DNA of 64,000 bases from Burkholderiales bacterium (GCA_038215555.1 JBBQQT010000001.1:1843-65842), one strand, 5' to 3'; positions 9,638 to 19,961 are shown, numbered from the stretch's first letter. The notes: generated by a model from the letters alone, not told the origin. Translations and numbers: made by a program.

Positions 9638-10999
9638 TCAAAACATGTAGCTGTAGCGTTCCACTTCCCACTGGCTGACGGCGAGATGGTATGTCTCCCA
9701 TTCCTCGGTCTTGTAGCGGATGAACTCGTCCTTCAGTTCGCGGCCCAGGGCGGCTTCCACCAGAGGATCGGCGGCGAAGGCGGCGACGGCTTCCTGCAGG
9801 GTCTGCGGCAGGAATTCAATGCCGCGGGCATGGCGTTCCACTTCGCTGATGGCGTACAGGTTGTCCTCGTTCGGGTTGCCCGGATCGAGGCCTTCGCGGA
9901 TGCCTTCCAGACCGGCGGCCAGCGCCAGGGTGGCGGCCAGATACGGGTTGACCGCGCCATCGGCGTTGCGCGATTCGCAGCGGCCGCCACCGGCCGGGAT
10001 ACGCACCGAGTTGGTGCGGTTGTTGGAACCCCAGGAGTTGAACACCGGCGCCCACGAGAAGTAGCTCATCGCGCCGCGCCGGACCAGGCGTTTGTAGCTG
10101 TTCACCGTCGGCGCGAACACCGCGCACAGGGCGCGGCCATGCTTGAGGATGCCGGCGACGAAGCTGTAGCCGAGCGGCGTCAGGCCGATGCCATGCGGGT
10201 CGTCCTTGGGATCGCAGGCGAACAGATTCTTGCCCGTGTCCAGGTGGTACAGCGACATGTTGAAGTGGGCGCCATTGCCGGTCTTGTCGGCGAACGGCTT
10301 CGGCATCATGGTGGCGAGCAGGCCTTCTTCGCGGGCGTAGTGCTTGGCCATGAACCGGAAGAAGGTGAGGCGGTCGCAGGTGGTCAGCGCGTCGGCGTAG
10401 TTGAAATCGAACTCGAACTGGCCGTTGGCGTCTTCGTGGTCGAACGAATACAAGTCCCAGCCCAGGTTGTTGATGGTGCTCGCCATCTTGTCGAGCCAAC
10501 TGAAACTGTTGGTGAAACCACGCACGTCGTAGCAGGACTTGGTCAGCTTGTCTTCCGGGTCGGGCACCGACAGGCTGCCGTCCGCAGCCTGCTTGAGCAG
10601 GAAAATCTCGCATTCGATACCCAGATTCAGGCCGTAGCCCATCTCGGCGGCCTTGGCCAACTGCTGCTTCAGGGCGACGCGGGTGTTGAGCGGGTAGGGC
10701 TGGCCCTGGAAATGGTTGTCGGACGGAATCCAAGCGATTTTCGGTTCCCACGGCAACTGGATGGCGCGCTCCAGATCCGGCACCGAAGTCAGCTCATCGT
10801 CGTTGGGCGCTTGGCCGAGCCCGTCCAGGGCGTAGCCGGTGTAGCGCTCGGAACCCTTGGCCATGTCGCCGAGATGATTGATCGGTACGACCTTGGCCTT
10901 GGGTACGCCGTGGATGTCGACATAGGCGCCGATGCAGTACTTCACACCCTTCTCGGTCAGTTCGTGTTGCAGGCGGGTGATCTCATCGCTGGAGTGCAT
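9638..10999 (-). CDS. Glutamine synthetase family protein (type III / GlnT- or GmaS-like glutamate-amine ligase)
   Basis: 453 aa with GS catalytic-domain motifs ([54 protein letters not shown]). Confidence 0.85.
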   Translation of the reverse strand: MHSSDEITRLQHELTEKGVKYCIGAYVDIHGVPKAKVVPINHLGDMAKGSERYTGYALDGLGQAPNDDELTSVPDLERAIQLPWEPKIAWIPSDNHFQGQPYPLNTRVALKQQLAKAAEMGYGLNLGIECEIFLLKQAADGSLSVPDPEDKLTKSCYDVRGFTNSFSWLDKMASTINNLGWDLYSFDHEDANGQFEFDFNYADALTTCDRLTFFRFMAKHYAREEGLLATMMPKPFADKTGNGAHFNMSLYHLDTGKNLFACDPKDDPHGIGLTPLGYSFVAGILKHGRALCAVFAPTVNSYKRLVRRGAMSYFSWAPVFNSWGSNNRTNSVRIPAGGGRCESRNADGAVNPYLAATLALAAGLEGIREGLDPGNPNEDNLYAISEVERHARGIEFLPQTLQEAVAAFAADPLVEAALGRELKDEFIRYKTEEWETYHLAVSQWEVERYSYMF

Positions 11000-11010
11000 G
11001 CTGTTTCCTG

Positions 11011-11034
11011 GTTGCGTTGATAGTTGCGTTGATC
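11011..11034. repeat. Tandem direct repeat, 12 bp x 2 (GTTGCGTTGATA / GTTGCGTTGATC)
   Basis: Read directly in the 46-bp spacer between the creatininase remnant and the GS-like gene. Confidence 0.9.
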
Positions 11035-11045
11035 AATGGGACGGC

Positions 11046-11390
11046 TCAGGCGTCGTCGCCAAAATAGGAATGGGACAAGGGCGGGATTTGGGACAAGGGC
11101 GGGATTTCGCGGCAGCCCTGCTCCACCACGGCGGCCAGGTCTGCTACCAGCCAGTCGAACCAGACCTGGCCTTTTTTGCGGCTGGCCAGGCTGGGGCTGC
11201 CGGTGACGCCGTTCAAACTGGTGCGGTTGACCGGGTGCGCGAAGTCGACGCCGCAGCCGAGATGCGGGCCGTGCTGTTCGGTAGCGCCCACCGGCAGGAT
11301 CGCGGCGTGGCCGCACTGGGTCAGCACGGCAGGGATTTCGGGCCCGGTCAGATCGGACCAAAGCATGCTGCTGGCGCCCTTATTCGACAT
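11046..11390 (-). pseudogene. Creatininase-family (creatinine amidohydrolase/MftE-like) gene remnant with a probable in-frame internal deletion
   Basis: The N-terminus WSDLTGPEIPAVLTQCGHAAILPVGATEQHGPHL is a typical family start. The ORF is only 114 aa versus ~250 expected, and it lacks the central GHGGN/HAGE-type region. Its tail carries an 18-bp duplication. Confidence 0.55.
11072..11107. repeat. Perfect tandem duplication, 18 bp x 2 (GGGACAAGGGCGGGATTT)
   Basis: Read directly. It encodes the repeated IPPLSQ/IPPLSH in the remnant's C-terminus. Confidence 0.9.
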
Positions 11391-12294
11391 TGTCGGTGAC
11401 GTCGGTAAAACGGATCAGATGGGGTTTCACCGCTTGTTCGTCTTCCGGCATCGGTTCCGGTTCGGGGTGGATCAGTTCCGCCAGGCGTGTCTTGGTGGCG
11501 CGGAATTCCGGGCTGTTGAACTGGCCGGGCGAGCGCGGTCGTGGCACCGGCACTTCGATGATTTCCTGCACCTCACCGGGATGTGCCTTCAGTACCAGGA
11601 TGCGGTCGGCCAGGTAGATCGCTTCGTCGAGGTCATGCGTGATGAACAGCACGGTGACATCGACGTTGCGCCAGATGTCGATCAGGTGGGCTTGCATCTT
11701 GGCGCGGGTCTGTGCGTCGAGTGCGCCAAAAGGTTCGTCCATCAGCAGAATGCGCGGCTGGTTGACCAGGGCGCGGGCGATGGCGACACGTTGGCGCATG
11801 CCGCCGGAAAGCTGGTGCGGGTAGGCGTCGGCGAATTTTTCCAGGCCGACCAGTTCAAGCCAAAGCAGGGCGTCGCTCTCGGCGTCGCCACGACCATTCA
11901 TCAACGGGCCGAACATCACGTTCTTTTTCACCGTCAGCCAGGGAAACAAGGAATAGCCCTGAAACACCATGCCGCGATCCTGGCCGGGGCCGGTGATCGG
12001 CTTGCCATCAAGCAGCGCCTCGCCGGAGGTGTGCTGGTCGAGTCCGGCAAGGATGCGCGCCAGCGTCGATTTGCCGCAGCCGGAAGGGCCGATGACGCAG
12101 ATGAACTCGCGCCGGTGGACGTTGAAATTGATACCGCGCAATGCGTCCACCTCGCCTTGCGGCGAGCGGAAGCGCTTGCCCAGATTGCGGACTTCGAGAA
12201 TGACGTCGCGCTGGCGGATCTTTGCGAATCGGGCTTTGACCGTTTCGGATTGGTCCAGATAGCTGATGATTTCTGCGCTGTTTTCTGGGTTCAT
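11380..12294 (-). CDS. ABC transporter ATP-binding protein (NitT/TauT family)
   Basis: Walker [10 protein letters not shown], signature LSGGMRQRV and Walker B LLMDEPF are present. The ATG at 12294 lies 20 nt after the permease stop and follows AGAGGA. Confidence 0.9.
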   Translation of the reverse strand: MNPENSAEIISYLDQSETVKARFAKIRQRDVILEVRNLGKRFRSPQGEVDALRGINFNVHRREFICVIGPSGCGKSTLARILAGLDQHTSGEALLDGKPITGPGQDRGMVFQGYSLFPWLTVKKNVMFGPLMNGRGDAESDALLWLELVGLEKFADAYPHQLSGGMRQRVAIARALVNQPRILLMDEPFGALDAQTRAKMQAHLIDIWRNVDVTVLFITHDLDEAIYLADRILVLKAHPGEVQEIIEVPVPRPRSPGQFNSPEFRATKTRLAELIHPEPEPMPEDEQAVKPHLIRFTDVTDNVE

Positions 12295-12314
12295 GATGGT
12301 GTCCTCTGGCTCGC

Positions 12315-13277
12315 TCAGCGTCGATCCTGGGCGCGATCCCAGGGGAACAGGCGACGGCCGAGCCGGGCCAGGATCAGGTCGGTGCCGAAACCGATGATGC
12401 CGATGATCATGATTGCGGCATAAACCGTGTCGAAATGCTGGTAGCGCGCCTGTTGCGTGATGTACCAGGTGATGCCGGAACTGGTGCCGATCAACTCGGC
12501 GACGATCAGGTAAGTCCAAGCCCAGCCGAGCAGGATGCGCTGGTCGCGGTAGAGGTCGGGCAGGATGCCGGGCACCACTACCCGGGTGATCAGACGGAAG
12601 CCGCGCGTGCCCAGAGTGCGCGCCGCTTCAATGATGGTGGCTTCGAGTTTGCGCGTGGTGTTGGCGACGATCAGTACCTGCTGGAACAGCGTGCCGATGA
12701 CGATGATGGCGATCTTGGGACCGTCGTAAATGCCCAGGATGGCGACCGCCAGCGCGCCAAACGCGGGTGCCGGCAGGTAGCGGAAGAATTCGATGAAAGG
12801 CTCAGTCAAACGTCCGACGCCAGCGTAAGTGCCGGCCAGGATGCCGAGTGGGACGCCAATGATGGAAGAAATGGCGAAGCCCCAGAATATGATCTGGATG
12901 CTGTGCCACAGGCTTTCATGCAGCCAGGGCGCGTCTTTTTGCACGGGGGCTTGGGTAAAACCGGTGTAGAACGCCTGCGCCACTTCATGCGGTGCGGGCA
13001 GATAAATGGGGTTGGCGGGAATGCCGGCGGGGAGGGCCAGGTTGTGTTGCCGCGTATAAGCGGCTTCATCCTCGAACTGGGCCTTGTCGACCAGCATGCC
13101 GACCTGGAAGTAATCGACGCCACCGGGGACGGTGACCTCGATTTTGGGGTGCCAGATGAATGGCACATAACTGACCAGACACCAGACCAGTAGCGGCAGC
13201 AGAAACGAGCCGATGGCGAGCAAGGTTCGCTTGCGCGCGTCGGAGTCGATGGAAGCTCCGAAGCCTTGGGAAGTCAT
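12315..13277 (-). CDS. ABC transporter permease (NitT/TauT family)
   Basis: Multi-pass membrane ORF with a BPD-type EAA loop ([21 protein letters not shown]). Confidence 0.9.
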   Translation of the reverse strand: MTSQGFGASIDSDARKRTLLAIGSFLLPLLVWCLVSYVPFIWHPKIEVTVPGGVDYFQVGMLVDKAQFEDEAAYTRQHNLALPAGIPANPIYLPAPHEVAQAFYTGFTQAPVQKDAPWLHESLWHSIQIIFWGFAISSIIGVPLGILAGTYAGVGRLTEPFIEFFRYLPAPAFGALAVAILGIYDGPKIAIIVIGTLFQQVLIVANTTRKLEATIIEAARTLGTRGFRLITRVVVPGILPDLYRDQRILLGWAWTYLIVAELIGTSSGITWYITQQARYQHFDTVYAAIMIIGIIGFGTDLILARLGRRLFPWDRAQDRR

Positions 13278-13300
13278 GCTCGTCTCCGCGCCTGCGTTGC

Positions 13301-14302
13301 TTACTTTGCGTTGGTGAAGGATGGATCGAGATAGCTGCCGATGTCCTCGCCGGTTTTGTAGACGCCGTTGGCGACGTTGAACTCATCCGCCACCTTGGTC
13401 GAGCCATACAGCGTCTTGAAGCCGTTGCCCTTGACGTAGATTTTCTTCGCCTCGGCCAGACTCAGCAGCTTGGTACCCTTGAGCAGCGGCAGATAGGTTT
13501 CGGGTGAGACGCCGACGCGGGCGGCCATGATCTTGACGGCATCAGGCTGGGTCTTCGGGTCGCTGATGTACTTGACCACGCGGTCCCATACCTTGGCTAC
13601 TTTCATCCATTCAGCCTTGCGCTGCTTGGCGCTGGCCGGGTTGACGGCGAGCACGTCATAGATCAGGCCGGGTTCGTCAGCCGAGGTGTAGATCGGCCTG
13701 GAACCGGGCACGGCTTTCATCGCCTGGCCGGCAATCGGCTGCCAGGCGCCGACGGCGGCGACATCACCGGAAGCCAGCATTTGCGGCATCTCGTTGGTCT
13801 TGGCGTTGACCAGGGTGACGTCGGATTCCTTCATGCCGGCTTTCTTCAAGGCGTTGAGCAACAGCAGGTGTTCCACCAGGCCCACCTCCACCGCGACTTT
13901 CTTGCCCTTCATATCCTTGATCGAGCGAACACCGGGTTTGCCGATCAGCATGTCGTTGCCATTCGAGTAATCGGTCAGCAGCAACATGATGCTCTTGCCG
14001 CCGGTTGCGCCGGTGACCAGGGCATCGCCATTGGTCATGGTGACGGCGTCGATCTTGCCGGCGGCGAAGGCTTCCATGGAGGCGGAGTAATCGAACCATT
14101 CAAACGTCACCGGCACGCCGGCTTCCTTGAACCAGCCCTTGTCGATGGCAACTTGCCAGGCCACCCAGCCCGGCCAGTCGCTATAACCGACCTTGAGTGG
14201 CGCCGCAGCCTGGACCGAACTGGCGCTGGCCAATAGCGCTACGGGGAGCATCAGTCTGGTCGTCCAGCGTTTCATGGCGCTACCGATGTGCTTCAAATTC
14301 AT
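13301..14302 (-). CDS. ABC transporter periplasmic substrate-binding protein (NMT1/NitT/TauT-like)
   Basis: Signal peptide followed by LKVGYSDWPGWVAW..., which is typical of aliphatic sulfonate/nitrate/urea-like binding proteins. Confidence 0.85.
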   Translation of the reverse strand: MNLKHIGSAMKRWTTRLMLPVALLASASSVQAAAPLKVGYSDWPGWVAWQVAIDKGWFKEAGVPVTFEWFDYSASMEAFAAGKIDAVTMTNGDALVTGATGGKSIMLLLTDYSNGNDMLIGKPGVRSIKDMKGKKVAVEVGLVEHLLLLNALKKAGMKESDVTLVNAKTNEMPQMLASGDVAAVGAWQPIAGQAMKAVPGSRPIYTSADEPGLIYDVLAVNPASAKQRKAEWMKVAKVWDRVVKYISDPKTQPDAVKIMAARVGVSPETYLPLLKGTKLLSLAEAKKIYVKGNGFKTLYGSTKVADEFNVANGVYKTGEDIGSYLDPSFTNAK

Positions 14303-14361
14303 GGTCTTTCTCCTTGATGGAATGCTACGGAAATGAATATTGGTAATACCAGTTTGCTATT

Positions 14362-14377
14362 AGCAAAATTGGTGCCA
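14362..14377 (-). promoter_or_regulatory. Sigma-54 (-24/-12) promoter: TGGCACCAATTTTGCT
   Basis: Matches TGGCAC-N5-TTGC with correct GG/GC spacing, ~60 nt upstream of the binding-protein ATG in an AT-rich spacer. Confidence 0.6.
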
Positions 14378-14542
14378 ATGTCTGTAATGTTGTTATCTTT
14401 ATGATTATTAATGGTTTTTATGGGTTTGTTGGTTGGCTTGCAACTTGGGATGCTCGATCAACGTGCATTTTGTGTGCGCGCCTGCACCAACATCATGCTT
14501 TGCCCGGCAATGGGTCTGTGCTTGCGCAGAATCTGTTCACAC

Positions 14543-14575
14543 AAAAGAAAAAGGGCGCCTCGCGGCGCCCTTTTT
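14543..14575 (-). terminator. Rho-independent terminator after amtB, flanked by A- and T-runs (bidirectional shape)
   Basis: GGGCGCC-TCGC-GGCGCCC is followed on the minus strand by TTTTTCTTTT. Confidence 0.8.
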
Positions 14576-14592
14576 CACAGGCTATGAACAGA

Positions 14593-16023
14593 TCAGAGGT
14601 TGTAAGCCCGCTCGCCGTGGCTCGCGGTATCCAGACCTTGACGCTCTTCTTCTTCCGAGACACGCAGTCCCATGGTCATGTCGATCAGCTTGAACAGCAC
14701 GATGCTGACGACGCCAGACCAAACGATGGTGATCAGCACGCCAGTTGCCTGGGTCACGACCTGACCGCCCATCGTGTAGCCGTCGACACCCACGCCGCCG
14801 AGAGCCGGGGAGACGAAGATGCCGGTGCCGATCGCGCCGATGATGCCGCCGATGCCGTGAATACCGAAGACATCCAGCGAATCGTCGTAACCCAGCGCCT
14901 TCTTCAGACCAGTCACACCCCACAGACAGACCACGCCGGCGATGCCGCCGAGGACGATGGCGCCCATCGGGCCAACCAGACCGGCCGCCGGCGTCACCGC
15001 TACCAAGCCCGCGACCACACCGGAAGCCAGACCCAGCATGGAAGGCTTGCCGCGCAGCATCCACTCGGCCAGCATCCAGGTCATGCCTGCAGCAGCGGTC
15101 GCCAGGATGGTGTTGATGAAGGCCAGGCCAGCGCCGCCAGTCGCTTCCAGGTTGGAACCTGCGTTGAAGCCGAACCAGCCCACCCACAGCAAAGATGCGC
15201 CAATCATGGTCATCGGCAGGCTGTGCGGCGGCATCGCGTCACGGCCGTAACCGACGCGCTTGCCCAGCACGATGGCCCCGACCAAGGCAGCAATACCCGC
15301 ATTGATGTGCACCACAGTGCCGCCCGCGAAGTCGAGATCGCCGGCTTCGAACAGATAGCCGCCGGTGGCCCAAACCATGTGCGTAATCGGCAGGTAGGAG
15401 AAGGTGAACCAGAGCGCGCCGAACACCATCAGAGCGGAGAATTTCACGCGCTCGGCCAGACCGCCGGTGATCAGCGCAACCGTGATGGCGGCGAAGGTGA
15501 GCTGGAAGGCCACGAACACCAGTTCAGGTATCACCACGCCATCGGTGAAAGTCGCCGCCGTGCTGTCCGCAGTAATGCCGGCCAGGAACATTTTCGACAG
15601 GTCGCCGATTGCCCAGTTCAGACTGCCGCCGTCGCCGAACGCCAGCGAGTAGCCATACACCGCCCACAGGATCGAGATCATGCAGAAGATGGCCATGACC
15701 TGAGTCAGCACCGACAGCATGTTCTTGGCGCGCACCAGACCGCCGTAGAACAGCGCCACACCCGGGATGATCATCAGGATGACCAGCAGGGTGGAGAGCA
15801 TCATCCAGGCGGTATCGCCCTTGTCGGGAACCGGCGCCGGGGCGGCTTCAGCGGGAGCCGCTTCGGCAGTGGCGGCTTCGGCCATCGTCGGCGCAGCTTC
15901 CATCGCCTCAACGACGGTTTCGGTCGTCATTGCCGGCATCTCCGGCGGTGCTTCCTGCGACAGAGCCACACCGGTGAAACCCAGCGTGCCCAAGAGCATC
16001 AATGTAGCGAAGAGCTTTTTCAT
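14593..16023 (-). CDS. amtB: Ammonium transporter
   Basis: Amt/Mep family motifs are present (FAGGTVVHINAG, GIHGIGGIIGAIGTGIF). After the signal peptide there is a ~45-aa Ala/Pro/Glu/Met-rich extension. Confidence 0.95.
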   Translation of the reverse strand: MKKLFATLMLLGTLGFTGVALSQEAPPEMPAMTTETVVEAMEAAPTMAEAATAEAAPAEAAPAPVPDKGDTAWMMLSTLLVILMIIPGVALFYGGLVRAKNMLSVLTQVMAIFCMISILWAVYGYSLAFGDGGSLNWAIGDLSKMFLAGITADSTAATFTDGVVIPELVFVAFQLTFAAITVALITGGLAERVKFSALMVFGALWFTFSYLPITHMVWATGGYLFEAGDLDFAGGTVVHINAGIAALVGAIVLGKRVGYGRDAMPPHSLPMTMIGASLLWVGWFGFNAGSNLEATGGAGLAFINTILATAAAGMTWMLAEWMLRGKPSMLGLASGVVAGLVAVTPAAGLVGPMGAIVLGGIAGVVCLWGVTGLKKALGYDDSLDVFGIHGIGGIIGAIGTGIFVSPALGGVGVDGYTMGGQVVTQATGVLITIVWSGVVSIVLFKLIDMTMGLRVSEEEERQGLDTASHGERAYNL

Positions 16024-16035
16024 GTCGGATTCTCC

Positions 16036-16404
<369 letters not shown>

Positions 16405-16449
16405 TCAGGCCCCGCCGCAACGCGGATCAGGGGCCAGTTTCAGAGTGGA

Positions 16450-17211
16450 TTAGAAAGACTTGGAGAAGGAGAGGATCGCGCGGCCATCAGCGACCTTTTC
16501 GGTTCCCCAGGTGTAAGCCGTGGCTGGGCCAGCTTTGCCGTATTCAACATCGGTATCGGTGTAGGCCAAGGTGATGACGCCATAACCGATATCCTTGGAG
16601 ACACCAATTTTCCAGTCCGTGTAGGAGGCATCGTCGTTGTCTTTGACATCCTGATAGCCGACGTGGCCGAGCAAAGCCCAGCCATTTTCCAGGGGGTAAG
16701 TGGCATTGACTTCAAGGTAGTAACTGCCCTTCGTGTCATTGTTGCCAACTGAAGTGCCCCAACCAACGAAGCGCTTGGAAACGGCATGACTATATTTCGC
16801 ACTCAAGAACTTCCAACTTGCGCCCAAATAAACCTCGGTCGTATCCGGATCATTCGCGCCTGCAATCTGATCGCCAGGGTAGAAGTAGGTAATCAGGCCA
16901 ACGTCATAGCCAACATCGCCCATGCTGCCCTTGTAGCCACCATAGAGGTCAATTTCCATGCTGCTGTTGGTTTTGTAACCCTGCGAGACCCAGTCGACGT
17001 TGGAACCCCATGTGCCCAGATAAGCACCGCTGGCGTGGCTGTAATCAAATCCGCCCTGCAGGGCAGGCCCATTCTGGGTTTGTGAGACGCCGCGGAAAAG
17101 GTAGTCGGTGGTAAAGCCGATATTTCCAGAAACACTATGCGGTGAGTCGGCAGCGATCGCAGACACGGAAACCAGACCAGACAGGATGAGCAGGTAAGAC
17201 AGTTTCTTCAT
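16450..17211 (-). CDS. TorF-family putative outer-membrane porin
   Basis: Signal peptide, then GNIGFTTDYLFRGVSQTQNGPALQGGFDY and a terminal ...SFSKSF. This is a common partner upstream of glnK-amtB. Confidence 0.8.
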   Translation of the reverse strand: MKKLSYLLILSGLVSVSAIAADSPHSVSGNIGFTTDYLFRGVSQTQNGPALQGGFDYSHASGAYLGTWGSNVDWVSQGYKTNSSMEIDLYGGYKGSMGDVGYDVGLITYFYPGDQIAGANDPDTTEVYLGASWKFLSAKYSHAVSKRFVGWGTSVGNNDTKGSYYLEVNATYPLENGWALLGHVGYQDVKDNDDASYTDWKIGVSKDIGYGVITLAYTDTDVEYGKAGPATAYTWGTEKVADGRAILSFSKSF

Positions 17212-17256
17212 GATGATTCTCCAGTAAAGGTGGTGCGATGTTGCACGCTCATGTTC

Positions 17257-17272
17257 AGCATTATCCGTGCCA
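17257..17272 (-). promoter_or_regulatory. Sigma-54 (-24/-12) promoter: TGGCACGGATAATGCT
   Basis: GG and GC are at the consensus spacing, ~45 nt upstream of the porin ATG. An AT-rich IHF-like tract and GGTGCA/TGCACC half-sites lie further upstream. Confidence 0.55.
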
Positions 17273-17443
17273 ACTAAATTAATACTTAAATATCATATAT
17301 TTAGTCGAATTCGACCGATCTTGGCGCAATTCGTTGCCCGATATTGGTGCATGATGAAAATGCGATGCACCGTATTGACCCGAAGGATTGGCAAGCCGGT
17401 TTGTTAAACTCGCGCCTCTCGATTGCGCCCTGGAAAACTCACT

Positions 17444-17731
17444 ATGTTGAAACAGAATCTCGCCAAGGAAGTCGCTGGCAAAGTCTCGGAAATCCTTGCC
17501 TTCAGTCCCGCCAAGGATGTCGAAAAGAACCTCAAGGCCAGCCTGGCCGCCTGGTTATCCAAGCTCGATCTGGTGACGCGCGAGGAATTCGACGTGCAGT
17601 CACAGGTTCTGGCCCGCACGCGTGAGAAGTTGCAGCAACTGGAAGACCGTCTGGCCGCGCTGGAAGCCAAGCCGGAAGTTGGGTCGACAAGCGGGTCGGC
17701 AAGCGGCTCGGAAACCAATCTGCCGCAATGA
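17444..17731 (+). CDS. ubiK: Ubiquinone biosynthesis accessory factor UbiK (YqiC/BMFP family)
   Basis: [36 protein letters not shown] is the family hallmark. Confidence 0.8.
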   Translation: MLKQNLAKEVAGKVSEILAFSPAKDVEKNLKASLAAWLSKLDLVTREEFDVQSQVLARTREKLQQLEDRLAALEAKPEVGSTSGSASGSETNLPQ

Positions 17732-18672
17732 GCCGGGAGCGTGTTGAAGTGGCTGCCGCCGTCATCGAACGGCCGGACGGCACTTTTCTCATGGCCAGCC
17801 GTCCGCCGGGCAAGGTCTATGCGGGGTGGTGGGAATTCCCTGGTGGCAAGGTGGAGGCAGGGGAAACCGCGCGTCAAGCACTGGACCGTGAACTGCGTGA
17901 GGAGTTGGGCATCGAGGTTGAACAAGCCTGGCCTTGGTTGAATCGAACCTACAACTATCCGCATGCCGATGTCATGTTGCGGTTTTTTCGCGTCACGCGT
18001 TGGCGTGGTGAGCCGCATCCGCACGAAGGTCAGTTATTCGATTGGACGCGCACCGAGGCGCCGGCTGTTGCTCCCATCTTGCCGGCACCGGTGTTACCTG
18101 CCAATGGACCGATCCTGAAAGCGCTCCGCCTGCCGCTGGAATATGCGATTTCGGATGCCGCCAAGCTGGGGCCGCAGGTGTTTTTGCAGCGCCTGGATCA
18201 ACGTCTCGCACAGGGACTCAAGCTGGTGCAATGGCGGGAAAAAGGCGCGTCGGTGGAATTGGTCGAACAGGTTGCCGCCCGCTGTCGCGAAGCGGGCGCT
18301 TTATTGATGTGCAATGCGGATGCCGGGTTGGCAAGCCGACTGGGCACTGGCTTGCATCTGAATGCCAAACAATTGGCGGCAATGGATCAGCGGCCCGACC
18401 TGGAATGGGTCTCTGCGTCCTGTCATGACCAGACAGAACTGCAACGCGCGATTCAACTGGAACTCGATTTCGTGGTCCTTTCACCCGTGTTGCCGACGCC
18501 CAGCCACCCAGGCGAGCCGACGTTGGGTTGGCCGACGTTTACCGATTTGCTGCGCGACTGCGGCATACCGGTTTTTGCGCTCGGCGGACTAGGGCGTGAT
18601 GACCTGGCTTTGGCACGCGGATTTGGCGCGCATGGCATCGCGCTGAAAAGCCAGGCTTGGAACACGTTGTGA
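17728..18672 (+). CDS. Nudix hydrolase (MutT-like) fused to a ThiE-like (thiamine-phosphate synthase fold) domain
   Basis: Nudix box [24 protein letters not shown]-terminal ...[16 protein letters not shown]...VFALGG, and an ATGA overlap with ubiK. Confidence 0.8.
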   Translation: MSRERVEVAAAVIERPDGTFLMASRPPGKVYAGWWEFPGGKVEAGETARQALDRELREELGIEVEQAWPWLNRTYNYPHADVMLRFFRVTRWRGEPHPHEGQLFDWTRTEAPAVAPILPAPVLPANGPILKALRLPLEYAISDAAKLGPQVFLQRLDQRLAQGLKLVQWREKGASVELVEQVAARCREAGALLMCNADAGLASRLGTGLHLNAKQLAAMDQRPDLEWVSASCHDQTELQRAIQLELDFVVLSPVLPTPSHPGEPTLGWPTFTDLLRDCGIPVFALGGLGRDDLALARGFGAHGIALKSQAWNTL

Positions 18673-19124
18673 CGCGGCCTGCCTGGCTTCGTTTCTGGCC
18701 ACTCGGTCTGTTTGCCCTGATCGGCCTGGTGCTCTGGGCCGATCAGACTGGACTCTGGCGCTCATCTAAAGCGGAAAAACAGGTGCCGGTAAATTGCAGC
18801 ACGCTGACGCAGCCGGGTGGCTGCAAGCTGAGCGTCGATGGTCGCGAGATTCGTTTCGGCATCCTGGGCGAGCCGAAACCGCTCGCCCCGTTCCAGATCT
18901 GGCTTGCCCTGCCAGATTCGACCGGGGCGCAACAAGCCGAGGCGCGCTTCACGATGGAAGGCATGGATATGGGCTTCAATCTCTACACCCTGCGGCCGGA
19001 TGACCAGGGCGTATTACGCGCCACGGTGACGCTGCCGATCTGTGTGACCGGTCGCCGCGACTGGCACATGGTTCTGGATTTGACTAATTTGAGTATCAAA
19101 GTCCCATTTGTCACCAACCTGTAA
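18657..19124 (+). CDS. Hypothetical membrane-anchored protein (one N-terminal TM helix, Met-rich motif FTMEGMDMGF)
   Basis: The ORF has a TTG/GTG start overlapping the upstream stop. No confident family assignment is possible by eye. Confidence 0.5.
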   Translation: MEHVVTRPAWLRFWPLGLFALIGLVLWADQTGLWRSSKAEKQVPVNCSTLTQPGGCKLSVDGREIRFGILGEPKPLAPFQIWLALPDSTGAQQAEARFTMEGMDMGFNLYTLRPDDQGVLRATVTLPICVTGRRDWHMVLDLTNLSIKVPFVTNL

Positions 19125-19259
19125 TATTTGGCGCAATTGACGCCCCTATAATTTGCCAATCCCCTGGTTACAGAAATTTCATGATTTGAAATGGCGACCA
19201 GGCAAAAAACAATTGCGTCAGCAACACCCCGGTGAGCGGCGGTAGAAGGAGACACAGAA

Positions 19260-19961
19260 ATGCCCAATGTACATATATACAAGAAATTCGATGCTGACAT
19301 GGAGGCCGTGCGTGCGCGCGTGCTGGAAATGGGCGGCCTGGTTGAGGAACAGGTCAACAGAGCGATCGAAGCGCTGATTTCAGGCAATACCAAAACGGCC
19401 GAAGAAGTCATCGCCAACGAACAGAAGGTCAACACCATGGAAGTCAGCGCCGATGAGGCCTGTACGCAGATCATCGCGCTGCGCCAGCCGACCGCCGTCG
19501 ACTTGCGCATGATCCTGACCATCATCAAAACCATTACCGATCTTGAACGGATCGGCGATGAGGCAGCAAAGATTGCCCGCGTCGCAGTCAAGGTTTACGA
19601 CAGCGACCGCATCCTGACGCCGCGTTACAACGAAATCAAATATATGGCCGGCCTGACCACCAAGATGTTGCGCGAGTCGCTCGACGCGTTCGCCCGCCTG
19701 GATGTCTCCGGCACCGGCGCGGTGGCCCGCCAGGACATGGAAGTCGACGAGGAGTTCCACTTGATCACGCGGCATCTGATCACCTTCATGATGGAAGATC
19801 CGCGCACCATCTCGACCTTTATTGATCTGCTGTTTGTCGTCAAAGCTATCGAGCGCATCGGTGACCATGCCAAAAACATGTCCGAATACGTGGTGTTCAT
19901 GGTTAAAGGCAAAGACGTGCGCCACATCACGATCGAAGAGCTGGAACGCGAATTGATGTGA
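19260..19961 (+). CDS. phoU: Phosphate signalling complex protein PhoU
   Basis: Two PhoU repeats containing DLERIGD / AIERIGDHA, with an AGGAGA RBS. Confidence 0.9.
   Translation: MPNVHIYKKFDADMEAVRARVLEMGGLVEEQVNRAIEALISGNTKTAEEVIANEQKVNTMEVSADEACTQIIALRQPTAVDLRMILTIIKTITDLERIGDEAAKIARVAVKVYDSDRILTPRYNEIKYMAGLTTKMLRESLDAFARLDVSGTGAVARQDMEVDEEFHLITRHLITFMMEDPRTISTFIDLLFVVKAIERIGDHAKNMSEYVVFMVKGKDVRHITIEELERELM

Noticed and set aside
14303-14590. Guanidine-I (ykkC) riboswitch expected upstream of a guanidine/urea carboxylase-type operon.
   Set aside because: The leader from the predicted sigma-54 start is only ~50 nt, and I found none of the conserved ykkC elements. This still needs a covariance-model scan to be definitive.
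19125-19259. TTGACG ... TATAAT pair upstream of phoU as a sigma-70 promoter.
   Set aside because: The two hexamers are only 4 nt apart. Alternative -35 choices give 13-nt spacing, so no credible promoter geometry exists.
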